Shown here in pieces: positions 11,054-24,900 of a stretch of 64,000 bases of DNA (within the stretch, counting starts at the first letter, position 1; the number at the start of each line of letters is the position of its first letter). The stretch spans positions 868,001 through 932,000 of the forward strand of contig NW_027117345.1 in the NCBI RefSeq assembly GCF_038025025.1, written 5' to 3'. Origin of the DNA: Phyllosticta citribraziliensis. Its lineage: Eukaryota. The translations under genes and the position numbers were made by a program. The notes beneath the pieces were generated by a model that worked only from the letters and a program-made list of their open reading frames with translations, did not search any database and was not told the DNA's origin.

Positions 11054-13045
11054 TTTCAACAACTATGGCTGACTGATTGGCGGACTAGTAAAGCGAAAAG
11101 CAACTGCGAACGTGACACCCCGTATGTATTGCAAAGAGGATTCTTTAAGCTTCGACTCCTCACCTGGTGTTGTGTCTGGAGAGATGTGCTGATCCCCGAT
11201 TCTTCCCGTAGACTAACTGTTTTCGGCGTCCGCTTGCAATTCTCATCTCCATAGAAAAACCCCTTCGCAGGGAATTCTCAGTTTCGGGAGGGACTGGGCT
11301 GATGTTGAGCCTCATGGTGCACAACTGACTGCAATCTCATGTACAGACCGCAGCAAACCCCGGCCAACTCCATACCTCTGCTCAACTGCGCATCCAACGG
11401 AGATGGGCCGGACGAAGGAGGGATTTGTTGAAGGCGCTCAGCACACAGTGATTTAGCATCTGTGCCGCGTCTGGTATTCCATCAACACGGCCGTAGCATG
11501 ATTTTCCACATGTCCTTTGACCATCAATTGTCGATGCTGCCTGACCTGAACCGCAATATTCCTGGTTGGTTATGAAGGGCGGGTGTCATCGGACCAAGCT
11601 CGGGAGAGCTAAACATTGGTAGGTCCTCGCTGACGCAGATCAGGGTTCGGGCAGGTCCCTGTTCCGTTAATTGACCCTATCGAGTCGGCTCAGTCATGAT
11701 CTCTCGCCATGAATACAAGTATGACGCCTTGCAAGGTCAATCTGTTGAGACCATGGGTTCGGAAGCTGGATGTAATGACTGGTCTCGTTGCTTGCATCTT
11801 TAGGCTTCCCGCATCGACGCAGAGCTGGTTCGATATGTACGAGCCTTTCATGTGTTGCGAGCGTCGGCTGATGATGACACTTATTCTCCAGCTATTTGCA
11901 ACTTCATGCAGTTCTACCCGTGGCCGCATATTCCAAGTCATTTAGTTGATGTCGGCAATTTTCGTCTACGCCCTCCGATGCCTTGGGTGAGTAAGCGGAC
12001 TGCATAGCCTCAGTCTCTGAGCAGCACTTCAAATCAACAAGCTCAAAGAGTAAGCTCTGGCTCCGGTGGTCAATCTGGGACCGATGGACTCGGGAACCAG
12101 ATCTGTGTCGCCCTTGGAAATTGGACCTTTATTGGTCGACGCAGATGCCTGAAGGCTTGAGAATTGAAAATGCACGTATCTTGGCCAACGTAGTTAGTAG
12201 AGCGACGGGAAGGAATATCTTCACTTTTTCGCGGCAACAACAAGGTGCATGGTCTAATGCTTGGCTGAGATACCGGTCAACTCCCCCGCAGAAGAGAAAA
12301 AGGCAGCCTGATAGACGTGTCCATCACGATGGCACCATTGTCCTTGATGATGTATCCTCACTGGTGGACGTAGATGCAAACGCCGATATTGCAACCCGCG
12401 AGAAGCCAAAACCAGGGCCTTTAGCCTCGCAGTGTGAAGTCCAAGCAGGAAGATCCCTCTCCGTCATGGTAGTGTGGCGGATGTCGCTTGGTCAAAGCTG
12501 CCTTGTTCACAAGAAGAACAAGGCTATGGAGGGAGCGGTGCTTTTGGGCTCGTTGGAGGCACCGCGTGGCGGCTAGGTAACGGGGACCGGGGCGTGGTGC
12601 CGAGGCCAAGTCGACGATCCTGGCAAAGGTTGACTCCACGTGAAGAGAAGCCGGCGGAGAGCGAGCGAGTGTCGGCGTGATTGGAGGGAATGGCGGAGGA
12701 GTTGGGCGGTGGGGTAGAGAATGTTGGGGTCCGGTTGAATGAGGGCCGGCGACGACCTGACCGACCGTCGATGGATGCGGACGCAGCGGAGATAATAGGT
12801 AGGTCGGGTGGGTGGAGAGGATTGCCGTGACAACTGCGATAGCACAAGCGAGATCACGTGACGGGGATTTGCACCGGTCCGCGTCCGCGTCCGCCTTCGA
12901 TAGGATGACAGGTGCTCTCCAAGCCCTTCATTCCTGGCACACCGTTGAACTTATCTGGCGCCTTCATGTATCACCTCTTTACGCGTCGTTTAACCCTGAC
13001 ATGTGAAAAACTCTCAGGCCGGTTGAAAAGGTGCAGTGCCCTCCC

Positions 13046-13051
13046 TATAAA
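13046..13051 (+). promoter_or_regulatory. TATA box upstream of the AhpD-like gene
   Basis: TATAAA about 100 nt before the ATG at 13147, followed by a CT-rich leader. Confidence 0.5.
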
Positions 13052-13146
13052 CCCGCTACCCCGGTCGACCATGCTCGCTCAATCTTCCTCCCAGTCCCTC
13101 GATTCGGGCCTCTGCCACCTCTGGGAATCTCGACAGCTTTCGAAGA

Positions 13147-13917
13147 ATGAGTGGCCGCGCTCGCAAAGATGATCTCTATCCGCACGACCTCCGCACGCTG
13201 CTCACGACAATCTCTCTGCTCCTTCCCGAGTCACTGCCGAAATCGGGCGCGTATCTCCTGCCTGCGGCAGCAATAACAGCCCTTGGCCATCCCAACCTCC
13301 TCGGTCCTCTCTTCACCGATGTCCTGGCCTTTTCTCCTTCCAAAGAGGGCTCTTCCAAAGAGCCTTCTTCCACAAAGATATCCCTCCAGCTACGCGACGT
13401 GCTTCTCAAGCAATGGACTTTGATTGGCATCCCTCTCGTTGTTACGGCCGTGTCGTCACTTGCCTCTGCCGAGAAGGCCTCGGGAATCGAATTCCCACCG
13501 GGTCTCAGCTCGAAATACGCAAAGACTGAAAGTCTCGCTCCATCGGAAGCCGTGTCAGCCCGCGGCGAGAAATTCATGAGAAAACTGTACCTCGAAAACC
13601 TGGAGCCAATCATGAGCACATGGGGCTCTCATGAAGCCGATTTTACTTGGCTGGAAAAAAGTGTCATTTACGGTCTGTTCCTCAGTGACCACGAAGTGCT
13701 GAATGAGGTTGAGACAGAGTTGGTAATCATGACCAGCATCATGGTGCAAAATTTGAAGGCGCCGACGCTGTGGCATGTGCGAGGACTGAGAAGGCTGGGC
13801 ATCAGCAAGAAGGACGTCGAAGAGGCAGTCAAGATTGTGATAGAGTGCGCGAGGTACCTGGGCCACGGACAGAAGGATTGGGTCCAATGGGTGGGAGAAG
13901 TTGATGGTGAGGTTTGA
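13147..13917 (+). CDS. AhpD/carboxymuconolactone-decarboxylase-like protein
   Basis: Intronless 256-aa ORF. LRDVLLKQWTLIGIP, YGLFLSDHEVLNEVETELV and WHVRGLRRLGIS resemble fungal AhpD-like proteins. Confidence 0.7.
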   Translation: MSGRARKDDLYPHDLRTLLTTISLLLPESLPKSGAYLLPAAAITALGHPNLLGPLFTDVLAFSPSKEGSSKEPSSTKISLQLRDVLLKQWTLIGIPLVVTAVSSLASAEKASGIEFPPGLSSKYAKTESLAPSEAVSARGEKFMRKLYLENLEPIMSTWGSHEADFTWLEKSVIYGLFLSDHEVLNEVETELVIMTSIMVQNLKAPTLWHVRGLRRLGISKKDVEEAVKIVIECARYLGHGQKDWVQWVGEVDGEV

Positions 13918-16900
13918 AGCCTTGTTCATCTCAACCTGGTAGGCGCCCTTGTACAGCGTTGCTTTCTTCCAAACCAAGACCGCTTTTTTGACAATACATA
14001 GATGTACACACTACTTCAGATCTGAATTTTTTCTTGGGAAAATGCAACCTCTCGACTCCCGCTTCCACTTGCAAATCCAGGGCCAAGGACCTCCGCTTTC
14101 CATCCGGGACGACCACAATGCTTGGGCACCAAAAAGACCATGAGCGAAAGTGGCCGAGGGGATCTGATTGAGAGTAATCATGATCTGAGGACTCGACCAA
14201 AGTTTAAATGGCCTTGGTCGCTTATCAATCGCGTAGGCTTCTTTGTCATTTGCCGATCCTATCTGCGCGTGGAGTCAAACGCCGTTGGATCCGAGCTGCC
14301 ATCACGAGTCAACCATGACAGGCTGAAGGCAGCAAGCTGGTTCCGAACTCTTTGACTGAGATAGGGCCAAGCACACGAGCTGGACAGCCCAACGCCGAAG
14401 CAAATCGGGACGCAGTCCAGAATCGTACCGTACGGTGGCGCTGAACGGTATATGATGATCGCAACGACCATGAATGGAATTACCCCTGTGACGAAGAAGA
14501 CAAGAGCCCTGCTTGATTTTCAATTGTCAGCGAAAGAAATGCGAAAGCAGCGGAATAAGTACCGAGCGAATTGGTGACTCCACTCGAAGACGAGAGCGAC
14601 GAAGCTCATGAAACAAATACAATATCCAAAATACAAGCTAGAAGCATTAGCAAGGTCGAAACTCCCAGCTACTTCCATGACTTACCCAATACGAGCACCC
14701 GGCAACCATTTTGCTCCACCAGCCTTCTCGAATGGGATCATGCAGATGGCAACAAAGAAACCGCAAATCAGGAGAAACGTCAAGACAGCGAGCAAACACG
14801 CTCCGACGTCCTTGCCAAGTCGATGTCGCAGAGCTGTTCCATGTTTCGTTTCTTCTTCCATTTTGACTGATGGAATGATGGGGAGCAGCCCCGTTGCCAA
14901 AGCTCTCCTCTACGCCGTTCATATACAACTTGCTGAGACTGAAATAACATCTTTGCCTCGTCCCGACGGACTGTCTACAACGGAAGAGAACTTTTCAACA
15001 AAGAAATGGGTGCGTTCCTGGGCGTTTTGCATGAATTCTTAACAACGACCGTTGACTGAGCCGACCCGAAGCTGCTTTTTCATAGAACCTCCTCCGTCTT
15101 GCGCATTTTGGGGAAGCAGTTGCACCCGGAGCACCGCGTCGAGATGTAGCCCCGACAGCGCCACATCCAGCCTCGCTCAAAGCAGTCAGTGTGTACAACA
15201 CGATTCTCTTAGGAAAAGATACTTCATTATCCGACGGAACCTGTTTGAATTTGCACGACTCGCAGAGCACGCACGGTCTCAACTCACTGAGCTGGATGCA
15301 ACCAGCATCCTGTTGAACTCGAAAATTCTCAACTGCTTTACGCGAAGGTCGCTGAATGCTTCTCGTGGTCATCGCTCTGCAGCTGACCCGACAACATGGA
15401 ACCTCAACACCACGCGCTGTCCGTTCCTTATTCGGTCATGGCCGGCTTCACCGACACAACGCATCTTGGCAGCCACACCGGCGTCTCCGAGTGGAAGTGC
15501 TCCTTGTCACGTCAAAGTCTACCACAATGAGAGCAACTCAAACATCCACAGTTTCCCGACGCGCAAGCTGGTGGAAGAAATGGGAGCTCCAACAAGTCAA
15601 ATGGTACTGCAAAAGAGAGAAAGATGCTCCCGTTTCGTACTCTCAAACATTGTCAATAGGTCTCGACTCTCTCAGTATCACTTTACCGCCCTGTAGCACA
15701 TGTTACCCTGGCTCAGTCACTAACAACGGGCGATGGATCCTCCCGCCTTACTAAGCCCTCGCATCTCCCGCACCTCAGACAAGCTTCGTGTCTTTGGGGG
15801 GGAGGGGGGTGGAGGAACTAAATGCCGAAGCGACGTCAAAACCGCCCCGTTCCGTTCTGAGATGCGCAAGAAGAGCGGAATGCTACGTCAGCATTTTGTC
15901 ACGTTGGTTCTTAACCATTTGCCTTCGTCAACCGGGGTAATTCTGTGTACCGATTAGCCGCGATCCGTCCCAAAGCGTCCTGATGTTGCTCCATGCGTAA
16001 AACCCAGGGAGCTGCGCGACTTCGCGGACTTCTGCTTAGCCATATTCCACAGTCGAGATTTTCCATGTGTACGATGAAGTTCAAGCACTCCAGGCTTGTT
16101 GAGGTAACATCTCTCCTTTTCGTATGATTCTCCATGCCCAAACGCTGCGCGCCTGTCGAAGTAAGTTGACTACAACGTCACTCCTCCTCCGCCTCCGCCC
16201 AAAATGCGGCATTTGTGACTTGGCACTGACCCCTCCTTTCAGGCACGCTGAACGACACCTCCCCCTGTCATACTGCCGTCTAACCCGTGATGGCAATGGA
16301 ATCTTGCTTGTATTTGTCGCTTTTACCCGCAATGTCCTCAAAGTCGTCGACATGTGGCTCTGCGGAGCATCCGCCTCATTTGTTCCAAGTTGCAGACGGA
16401 AAAGCAATATGGGGAGAGTGCTAGGTAAAGTGCGTCCAGAGGCCTGGAGGACGGCTCGCAATATGACATGCAGGCACGGCGGCTCAGGGCCGTGGCTCGG
16501 AATTCTTGCCCCAGGCTCTTGACCTCGTCTGGAAAGCAAACCCCGACATCTAGCAACTTGTCGGGATCGTTCTGGAGACGGTTGATCAACCAACAAAGAA
16601 GCATTTTCTAGTTTCTCGAGACGCGGTTTGTGGGCTGCACGCGATTCGAGTTTGAGAACACTTTTTGGAGCGCAGGAGCTGGCGCGTAGTGGCGCTGATC
16701 AGTAAATGGTATAGCAGATCGAAAGAAGCAATCACACACTTCCAGTGACCCGAAGTCACCAACGCCATGCTTTTCCGGCAATGAACGGCTCGCCGGTCGC
16801 ACGGGCAAGCCGCTCTAGATCCGGATCGCGGTGTCCCTGTCCAATGCAAAGAAGCCGAGGCCACCGCTCCCGCCCACCACCCGGCTCGCTATTGTTTTTT

Positions 16901-17954
16901 GCTCAGCTTCTGCCACATCGCACTCGTACCCGTTTGGATTCAGATTCGAGCTGAGATTACAACCTACCCAACGCACCGGATTCGGCGCTCCAGAAAAGAT
17001 TGGCGAGAAGAGATGTCTCAGTCGTTCTCCGAAAAAAGCTCTTTTGACTACGAAGAACGAGTCGTGCCACTTTGACGTTGCCTTTCGTGGCGTGCGATGC
17101 TCGCGAAGAGGTTAGAATTGAGGTCCGTGTGAAGGTGACGGGAGCTGCAGGCCCGTCAGAGGGTTTGCTTCATCTTGAGCCTATCCGAGCTGATCGGTAC
17201 TGGCCCGTTGCAGAGCGGAACTGCGCTGTCCCACTGCAGACATCTGATCGCAAGATCTTGCCAACGCGCCCGTCCGCCATGCACAATCACAGCCTCAGCA
17301 TTGCTTCGAGAAACGGACCGTCCAATGGCGTCCCGCTTACGAGCCCCTCCATCAGCAGATGGTGCCTCACTTGCGCGAAACAAGCCTTGCGCCACAATTA
17401 GCCCCTCAGCGGCTCTCGACCACTGCTTTTTCTTATCCTTCAGCTGCGACAAGGCTGGCCCGGACTGAGCAGCGTTTGTGCGAGAGCGCGTATGCAAGCC
17501 ACGCACCGCAAAAAGACTTCCCCGCCAATTTGTTTCGCAATTCGGTGCATGTTCCTGGCATGTCCCCGTCATTTTGTTTCGCCAGACCACCACCCCGTCC
17601 AACGCACTTCCTGGATAGGCTTAGCCCCTCCAGGTTTCAGGACGTTGGAGAAGCGTGTTCCTGACCCGGCACAGCGGCAAGAGCCGACTGGCAACAGGGC
17701 ATGACAGCAAGAGTCTCGATCAATCGAGTTTGGCTCGTGCTCCAAAGGTTCCTGAAAATCAAGGAAAACTAACTTTCGCCAGCGCGAGTTGCCATGCGAT
17801 GAGATGAGCGTGTTTTGCTTGATCAAATGGAGTCGCAAGTCATCATCCCTCAGGCCACAACATCGACCCTCTACTCCACCGCCACCCATGTGCGGGTTTA
17901 TCCTGCATTTCCTCTGCCAAAGATATCAACTTCACTATCTGTCCGAGCGTCATT

Positions 17955-20900
17955 ATGACGAGGGGTATTGTCCCTCCGACTGAGCTGGCAATTGCCTGGC
18001 AGACAGACCTGGACTCATATCCGCGAGGAGAACGACGCGGAAACGCGGTCATCGTGCTCACGAGTGTCCTTATATTCACCACTCTCTGGGTACTAGCGTT
18101 GAGGCTATGGGCGCGCCTCAAGGCGCATTCCTTTGGTCTGGATGACCTCCTGATTTTTTTCGCAGCGGTAAGAGGCTCCTTTCCCCGTGTCAGATCGACG
18201 CTCATGTCTGGCTGAACCAGATACCGACGGTTGGCCTCTCCATATCAATTATCTTGGGTACGTCATTGTTCACGCTTCGAATTTGTCCGTCCCAAGAGCA
18301 CACAGGACAATATGTTGTCTACGGAATTCGACGGGTTCAAGTGGAGAGTAGGGATAGTAGGACGGCGAGTCGCGAGACCATGCGATTCAGGCTCGGTCGC
18401 GAAAGACGCGGCGCATACACAATTCCAAGGTTTTGGAAGTTCGAGGTCGAATGCTCCTTGGGCGTTGTCTCTTAGGGGCTTGAAAGCTCCTTGACTGACC
18501 CCTACCATTGTGTTGTGACCAATGGGACAGCCGCGCCGTCCACGCTAGTCCTGATTTGGCAGCCACCCGACGTCGCCTGTCCACACCAACTACGTTTGGT
18601 TCTTCCAGTCCGCTGATTTTATTGCAGGTCACATCTATTATGGCTTCGACCGCCATGCCTGGGAATTGACAATGCTGCAAGGCTTTGAAACAAGGAAAAT
18701 TTCCTTTGCCATCTCAATACTTTACGTCATTGGCACTGGATTGACCAAGGTTTCCATCCTTTGCTTCCATCGACGCCTCTCTGGTACAATCTCGCCTCGA
18801 TACCTGTTTGCCCTGCATGCAGCCATCGCGTTTGTCATTGCCTACATGGTAACGTTTACTATCACCCTATGCGTCGGATGCCGTCCTCTTCAAGCCTTCT
18901 GGAGGCAGTTGGATCCCAGATGGAGAGCCAGATATAAGTTCGAGTGTTTTGACGAAGCTGCCGATATACTCGCTGCGAGTGCTGTCAGCTTAGTTCAAGA
19001 TATCATCGCCTGCGGACTTCCACTTCTCATTATGTGGCAGTTGTCTATTCCAAAGAGACAAAAAATTGCTCTCACCGGTGTCTTCGGCCTTGGAATATTG
19101 TCAGTACACTCCCCAACCTCTCTCACCCCCTTTCACCCATTCATTAACTGTTCTAACTTATTCAGTCTCTGCATTGTGGGTGCAATACGTATCTACTACA
19201 TATACAAATTGTATTACACCGGGTCCTACGACGCCACCTGGGCTGCTGGTCATATATGGATCTGGACAGCGGTCGAAGCCTGCCTTGGAATCTGTTGCAG
19301 CTCTGCTCCAGCCTTGAAAATCTTCTTTCGCAGGGTAATAGGTGGTTCCTCGGCTGGTGGAAGTGCTGGCTATTCCCACGGTCTAAGTCGATCTTTCGGC
19401 TTGAGTAGCAGACACAGCGGCACAGCCTCCAGAGCAGGCCGATGGAGTCACCTGTCTTCGAAGATCCGGGGCTCGGATATGGATTTCGTTGATGCTTCCA
19501 CTGCCAGCGGCGGCGATGCTCATAGCATAAACTCCACGACAACGAGCGAGTTGAATCACATGCATCATCTCCACTCAATCAACGAGCTGGAATACAACTC
19601 CCCCAAGAAGACAACAGTCGCCGAATCCATTCAAGAGATTGATGAAGAGGGCCTGTCACCAAATAAGGATGAAGAATACCGCATCGGCTCTTTGCAGTGG
19701 GTTGTTGCAACACCGAAAAACGCAGTCCCTGGTAAACTCAAACCGTTCCCGTACTCCGCCTCGGAGCCTCCACGGGGTCGCCCAGATACGCTCGAGACGT
19801 CTTCCATGTCCAAGAAATCAACGCCGTCACTTCAAACTCTGAGATCGGGTCGCTCCCAGCAAAACATCGGATCGGCGAGCCCAAAGTCTCCAGCAGCAGT
19901 GCATCTTCGCACATCAACGGACTCATACGACCGTGCACACCCTCCGCCTCCGCCAACTTGTACGGCCCGCCACTACAACCAAACACATTTGCCCCCTATT
20001 CGTCCTCCGCCGCCGCACACTTCGTCTTCTTCGACTTCGCCGTCGACGACGTCGTCCCCGAAGACGAGTACAGATCGCCCACACCCGCCGCCTTCATGCA
20101 CCGCCCGCCACTACAACCAAACACACCTGCCGCCGATCCGTCCTCCACCGCCGCACTCGTCTTCGTCGCTGGCCTCTCAGTCAACGGCATCATCACCAGC
20201 AACAGGCACGGGGACCAAGTCGTCACTGCCGCCCATCACCCCCTCACCCCCTGAAGTCGAACTCCTTGAGGAAGAGGAAGGGAATGACAGCTACGACGAT
20301 GACGTCGTAGACTTTTATACCAGTTCGCCGACGCCGCCGCCCGCTCCCGCAGAGTCGCCGTCTTTCAACAATTGGCCGCTCCCTGTCCCCACGCCCGACG
20401 CGCATCGGCAGGTCCAGGCGCAGGCGCAGGCACAATCATCACAACCACAGCAAAAGCAGCCACCGCAGCCACCTCAGCCTCCGCCGGAACCACCACAACA
20501 ACAGCAGCAGCCGCCGCCGGAGAACACTTACACGTACACCAACACACCACAAACGACAATCTCCCAAACCTCGCTTGCAAAAACGACCAAACCGACCACC
20601 ACCCCTCCATCAGCCCAGCCGCCCCGCCGCAGTATCGGCGGCGACACGATGCTCATGGACGCTGACGCGCTCTTCAATGACGCCGCGCGCGCCGCCGACC
20701 TCGAAATCGCCGAGGAGGAAAAGAAAAAGAAGGCATTGGCGGCAGCTGCGGCAGCTCAGAACCAAAGCAGCAGCACCGCGACGACGCCCAGCAGCGCACT
20801 CGGCCAGCGCGACATGTACGCCCGCCGGGGCGCGCTGGCGGGCGGCGAGGAGCTGTGCTCAGGCTTGACCGTTGGGACGGACGGGCGGTGGGGTGGGAAG

Positions 20901-21011
20901 GGAGGAGGCGCGAGAAGCGAGGCGTCGGAGACGGAGACGGAGGCGTCGAGTTTGAGTCAGAAGAGCGCGAGGGAGTCGGGGAGAAAGGGGAGGTTGGGCC
21001 ATCGACGGTAA
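17955..21011 (+). CDS. PTH11-like (fungal rhodopsin-domain) integral membrane protein, no CFEM domain, long disordered C-tail. Exons 17955-18167, 18221-18257, 18628-19099, 19166-21011
   Basis: LRLWARL..FGLDDLLI, YGFDRHAW, TKVSILCFHRRL, CRPLQAFW, QDIIACGLPL..LSIPKRQKIAL..FGLG and WTAVEACLGICCSSAPALK are family hallmarks. Three GT-AG introns restore the frame. Confidence 0.9.
19959..20156 (+). repeat. Internal coding duplication (period 138 nt) encoding CTARHYNQTHLPPIRPPPPH twice
   Basis: Copies at 19959-20018 and 20097-20156 with identical peptides. Confidence 0.9.
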
Positions 21012-21937
21012 GCCATTGAGGAGCAGTCGTCCGCTGCGCCGTCTACCTCCTTTTCTTGCAGCGCCGGCTTGGGAGCCGTCGTCCGTCTCCGCGGTAATCC
21101 AGAGGCAAACGGGCGGCTATGAAACAGGTGTCTCTTATGGTTGGGAATAACACGGATTGGATTGGGCTAGATCAGATTTCAGATTGACGATTCGACTGGC
21201 CAGCGTATACTTGAGGGACTATATTCTAGGTTTGAAGAAATCTTTCGGTCAGAGGCTTTGGGGTATTTCTTATCTGTACATAACTAGCCAGCCAAGTTTT
21301 CTTACTCCCCTTATTATTCACGTTTCCAACTTCGGGCAACCGTCCACAACGGACGACAAGCTGACGGCTTTCACTCTTTGAATTCTAGTTAGTCTCTCAG
21401 AACAGGTGGAAGCAACAAAAAGCACCGTTGAAAAGTCGCTGTCTCCTTGCCTCCTGCGTACAAAGCTTGGTGCGAGGCCTTCACACGTGCACAAGTGATT
21501 GGCGTGTTCCTAGAGAAATACTGCTGCTCCATTGGATTGAGTGTAGTAGCAAAGACCTAACCATGACCCTTTGATAGAAAAAGAGAAAAAGCCCCGCATT
21601 ATCCCTTTTCCCGCAGCAACAACAACGCAAAAACCCATGTTGAAAAGAAAGGAAATGAAGGGGGAATTGTGTGGTTGTGGGCTCTGGGTGCAGTGGTGAT
21701 AAGGAGTTTGAGGAGTCGTCGGTGTGAGTGAAATTTGCAAAATGCTTTCTCGACCCTCGCCTGCCTGCCTGCCTTCCTGATGGAAACCGTCCACTTGCCT
21801 GACCTAATATCTATATGCGCAAGTTCAATGAGGGCAATCATCAATGTTTGACACATTTTCTTTGGGGGATTCCCCTTCTTTTTGTGGAGATTCTGTCCAT
21901 CATGTCGAGCCATCAAGGCCTAATGAAGTTTGCAGTC

Positions 21938-24900
21938 TCACGATAAGTGGAAGGCACCTTGACCTTCCTTAATGGCAACGAACAACTTCTCCCTCAGCAT
22001 GTCGAGGTTGCTGTAATCAGGCATCTTGAGGTAGTTGACGCAAGTCATGACAGAAGGAAGATAGTCGTCTGAAGTGAATGGGGGCTCGCTTGGCTTGCAG
22101 ACGACGGTGAACATCGGAGTGAGAGCTTTGAAACCTACCAAAAAGTTAGCTTGTAATGTTCAAGAAGAAAAGCATGAGCAAACGTACCTCCAATGGGAAG
22201 CTTGGGGCTGCCAGTGACGAACTGCAGGAACTCGCGACGCTGAGATGGCGTGAACTCGCTCATGACTTGCAGTAGATTCCGGACACTCTTGCTGTCGAGA
22301 GTGTACCCATGATCAGCCTTGACCGAGTCCATGAGCGTCTCCAACGACCAGTCCTCTTCGTTGCGACCGAACAGCATGACAAGCTCGTCCGAAGTGAACG
22401 CCCTGAGTGCTGAGTAGGGGAAGACTTGGGAGAATCCTGCGCGGAATGACTCCACCTGTCTCTGAACGCCACCGCCGAGGGTCATGTCGATTACGCGCTC
22501 GACGTACTTGGCGACATTGTCAATCGTGACCGAAACATTGGCTCCATCCTCAACGAGTTCGATGGATGGATGGCCTGGCAAGGTAAAGTCCAAGCCGAGA
22601 TCCTCGACGTGAGCTCCGTCAATTTGGATTTCCTCGACGGCGTGGGCCTTCTGAACGGGCGTCATGTGCGGGTCCTCGTCAATCTTCTTCTTCGCATTGG
22701 CGAACTTCTTGAGCATGAGCAGAGCCCTGGCAAGGTCGGCGTCGACTGATTTGACAGCACCAAGAGAAGGCGCCACCGCGGCCTTGTCACCAATGCGGAA
22801 GAATGTTGGGTTGAAGGAGACGTCGATGATGCGTGAGTCAAGCATGGAACGAGCGACGAATTTACCCAGGATTTTGAAGAGATGGATGACCTTCTTGCCG
22901 TCCTCGCTCGTGGCGCTGTCGGCACTCAAGGGTGCTGGGAACAGGCCACCTTTGCCAAAAGCGAATTCGTCCTTCTCGTTGGAATCGTTCTCGCGCCACA
23001 ATTTGAGCTTCTTCTTGGAAAACTCCTTGGAGACGGTGGAATAAAATTCCAAGGTTGGACCAAGTCCAGTGCCAACTTCTTCAAAATACTCGACCTCAAG
23101 GACACTGGGGGACGAGCCATAGAGCTCCATGACCTTGATCGCCGACTCCAGAATTTTGTTTCGCGAGATGCGCACCTTCTGGCGCTGCACGCGGCCGAGA
23201 GGCGGCCGGTCGTTTCGATGTCGGTCGTGGCGAGAGTCGTTGCTCGACTGTGCATTCTGCCAGCGAATCATGGAACGAGAGTATCCGAACGAGGTCGATT
23301 GAAGGAACAGGTGACGAGTCTCGAAGGGGAAAAGGAAGGGATACAACCGCGCGAGGTCTTCACTCCAGCTTGGAAGGCAGTTGCTAGCAACAATGAGGGG
23401 CTCCTCGAGCTGTCGGTTCAACTTTGCAGTCAGCTTGGTGTTGACAAACTGGGACAGAGGCTCCGCGTTGATCTTAATGACATCCTTCTTTTCTGACAAA
23501 ACGTCATCCAGGTTGGCATTAAGCTCATGTAGAATGCTCAGCAAGCGCAGAATGTTTGCCGTCGTGGGGTTCTTGGTCAATGACTGCGGGATACCATTGG
23601 CGTCCTGCGTGGACTCGGGTGGAGGCGTAAGAGCACTCGATTCAGTCGGAGGTGGACCAGCGACCTTCTTGAACTTGATTGTGTGGGTTGGGCTCCAGAT
23701 GTTTCGGGTTCCTTCAGTGTTCTCAGTCTGGCTCATGTGCACAGCGCGGTAGATGGTCGTCTCGTTCGAGATTGGTTGATCATTCACGCTGAACTCGATA
23801 TGCCAATCCTGGGGCACAGACTGCATTGCCGCAGCATAGGACATTGGTCCCCGTCCAGATGCCAGACCTCCTAGCGCTCCACGAGAATAGGCGAGGCTTG
23901 CGAGCTGCTCTGTTGCGAGCCTTTCAGCCAGAGACCTTTCGGCCTGAGCAGCGCGGGCTGACGAAGGTGTCGCACCGCCCAGAGGCGTGGCGACTCTCGT
24001 GCCGTCTTCTCTGTGCGCGGTAACACGACCAGTAGATGCCACTTCCACACTGACTGCCGAAGGATCGGGAAGATCTTCATCCATTTCCTCGTCAAAGTCA
24101 TCCACAATGGCGTCTAGACCCTCGCCATCACCGAGGTCATCCTCGTCGGACAGTTGAGCCTCGTCAGCACACTCGAGAGGGTCGCGAACTTCGTCCAGGG
24201 AAGACGGGGCAGGCGGCGGCGGGGGTGGCGGCGCCTGCGTCTGCTCTTGTCGATTGCGGTTGGAACGCCTGGGAGCTGCCGAAGTCTGCTTGGCCGGAGT
24301 TAAGCTCGACTCGGGATCGGCGCTCGACGATGCGGTAGCCTTTGATCGCGAGCTTTTCTTCGACGATGAAGATGCGCGGTTGGTGCTTTCTGTGGTCCTT
24401 GGCATTGGTGGTGTAGATGGTGCATCCCGTCCCGGAAACCCGTTTCGATTCGCGAGTGCAGCAGCATAGGCTGCTATAGCGCCAGACACGCCATCCCGGC
24501 TGCGTCCAGAGGGTCTTGGACGGTCCGCCAGAGCAATGCGGGGCCGCAAATAATCATCAAGAGCTTTGAAAGTTGCGATAGCATGAATGGAAACCATGAT
24601 GTTCCTGTAGGCCCGAGGGATGCCGGATTCATCGTCAGCCACCAACTTCAATCGAAGCTGCTTTGCAAGCATGGACGCGGCGGAGCTCCTGTCACTATCG
24701 AAAGCATTGTGATGTACAGTGATGACTTCAAAATGCTCGGCGCGGCTTAGAAGGTCTTGCAGCTTGCTGACGAGGATGCTGAATGGCGTGACGGGCGAGG
24801 CGGTGCTCGCCGTCTTTTGCTTGTTTTGAGTTGTGGTGCCCATAAAGGCCTCCAGGAAAGCGGTCCTCGCCTCCAGCTTCGCAAAGACGTTGGTGTCCGA

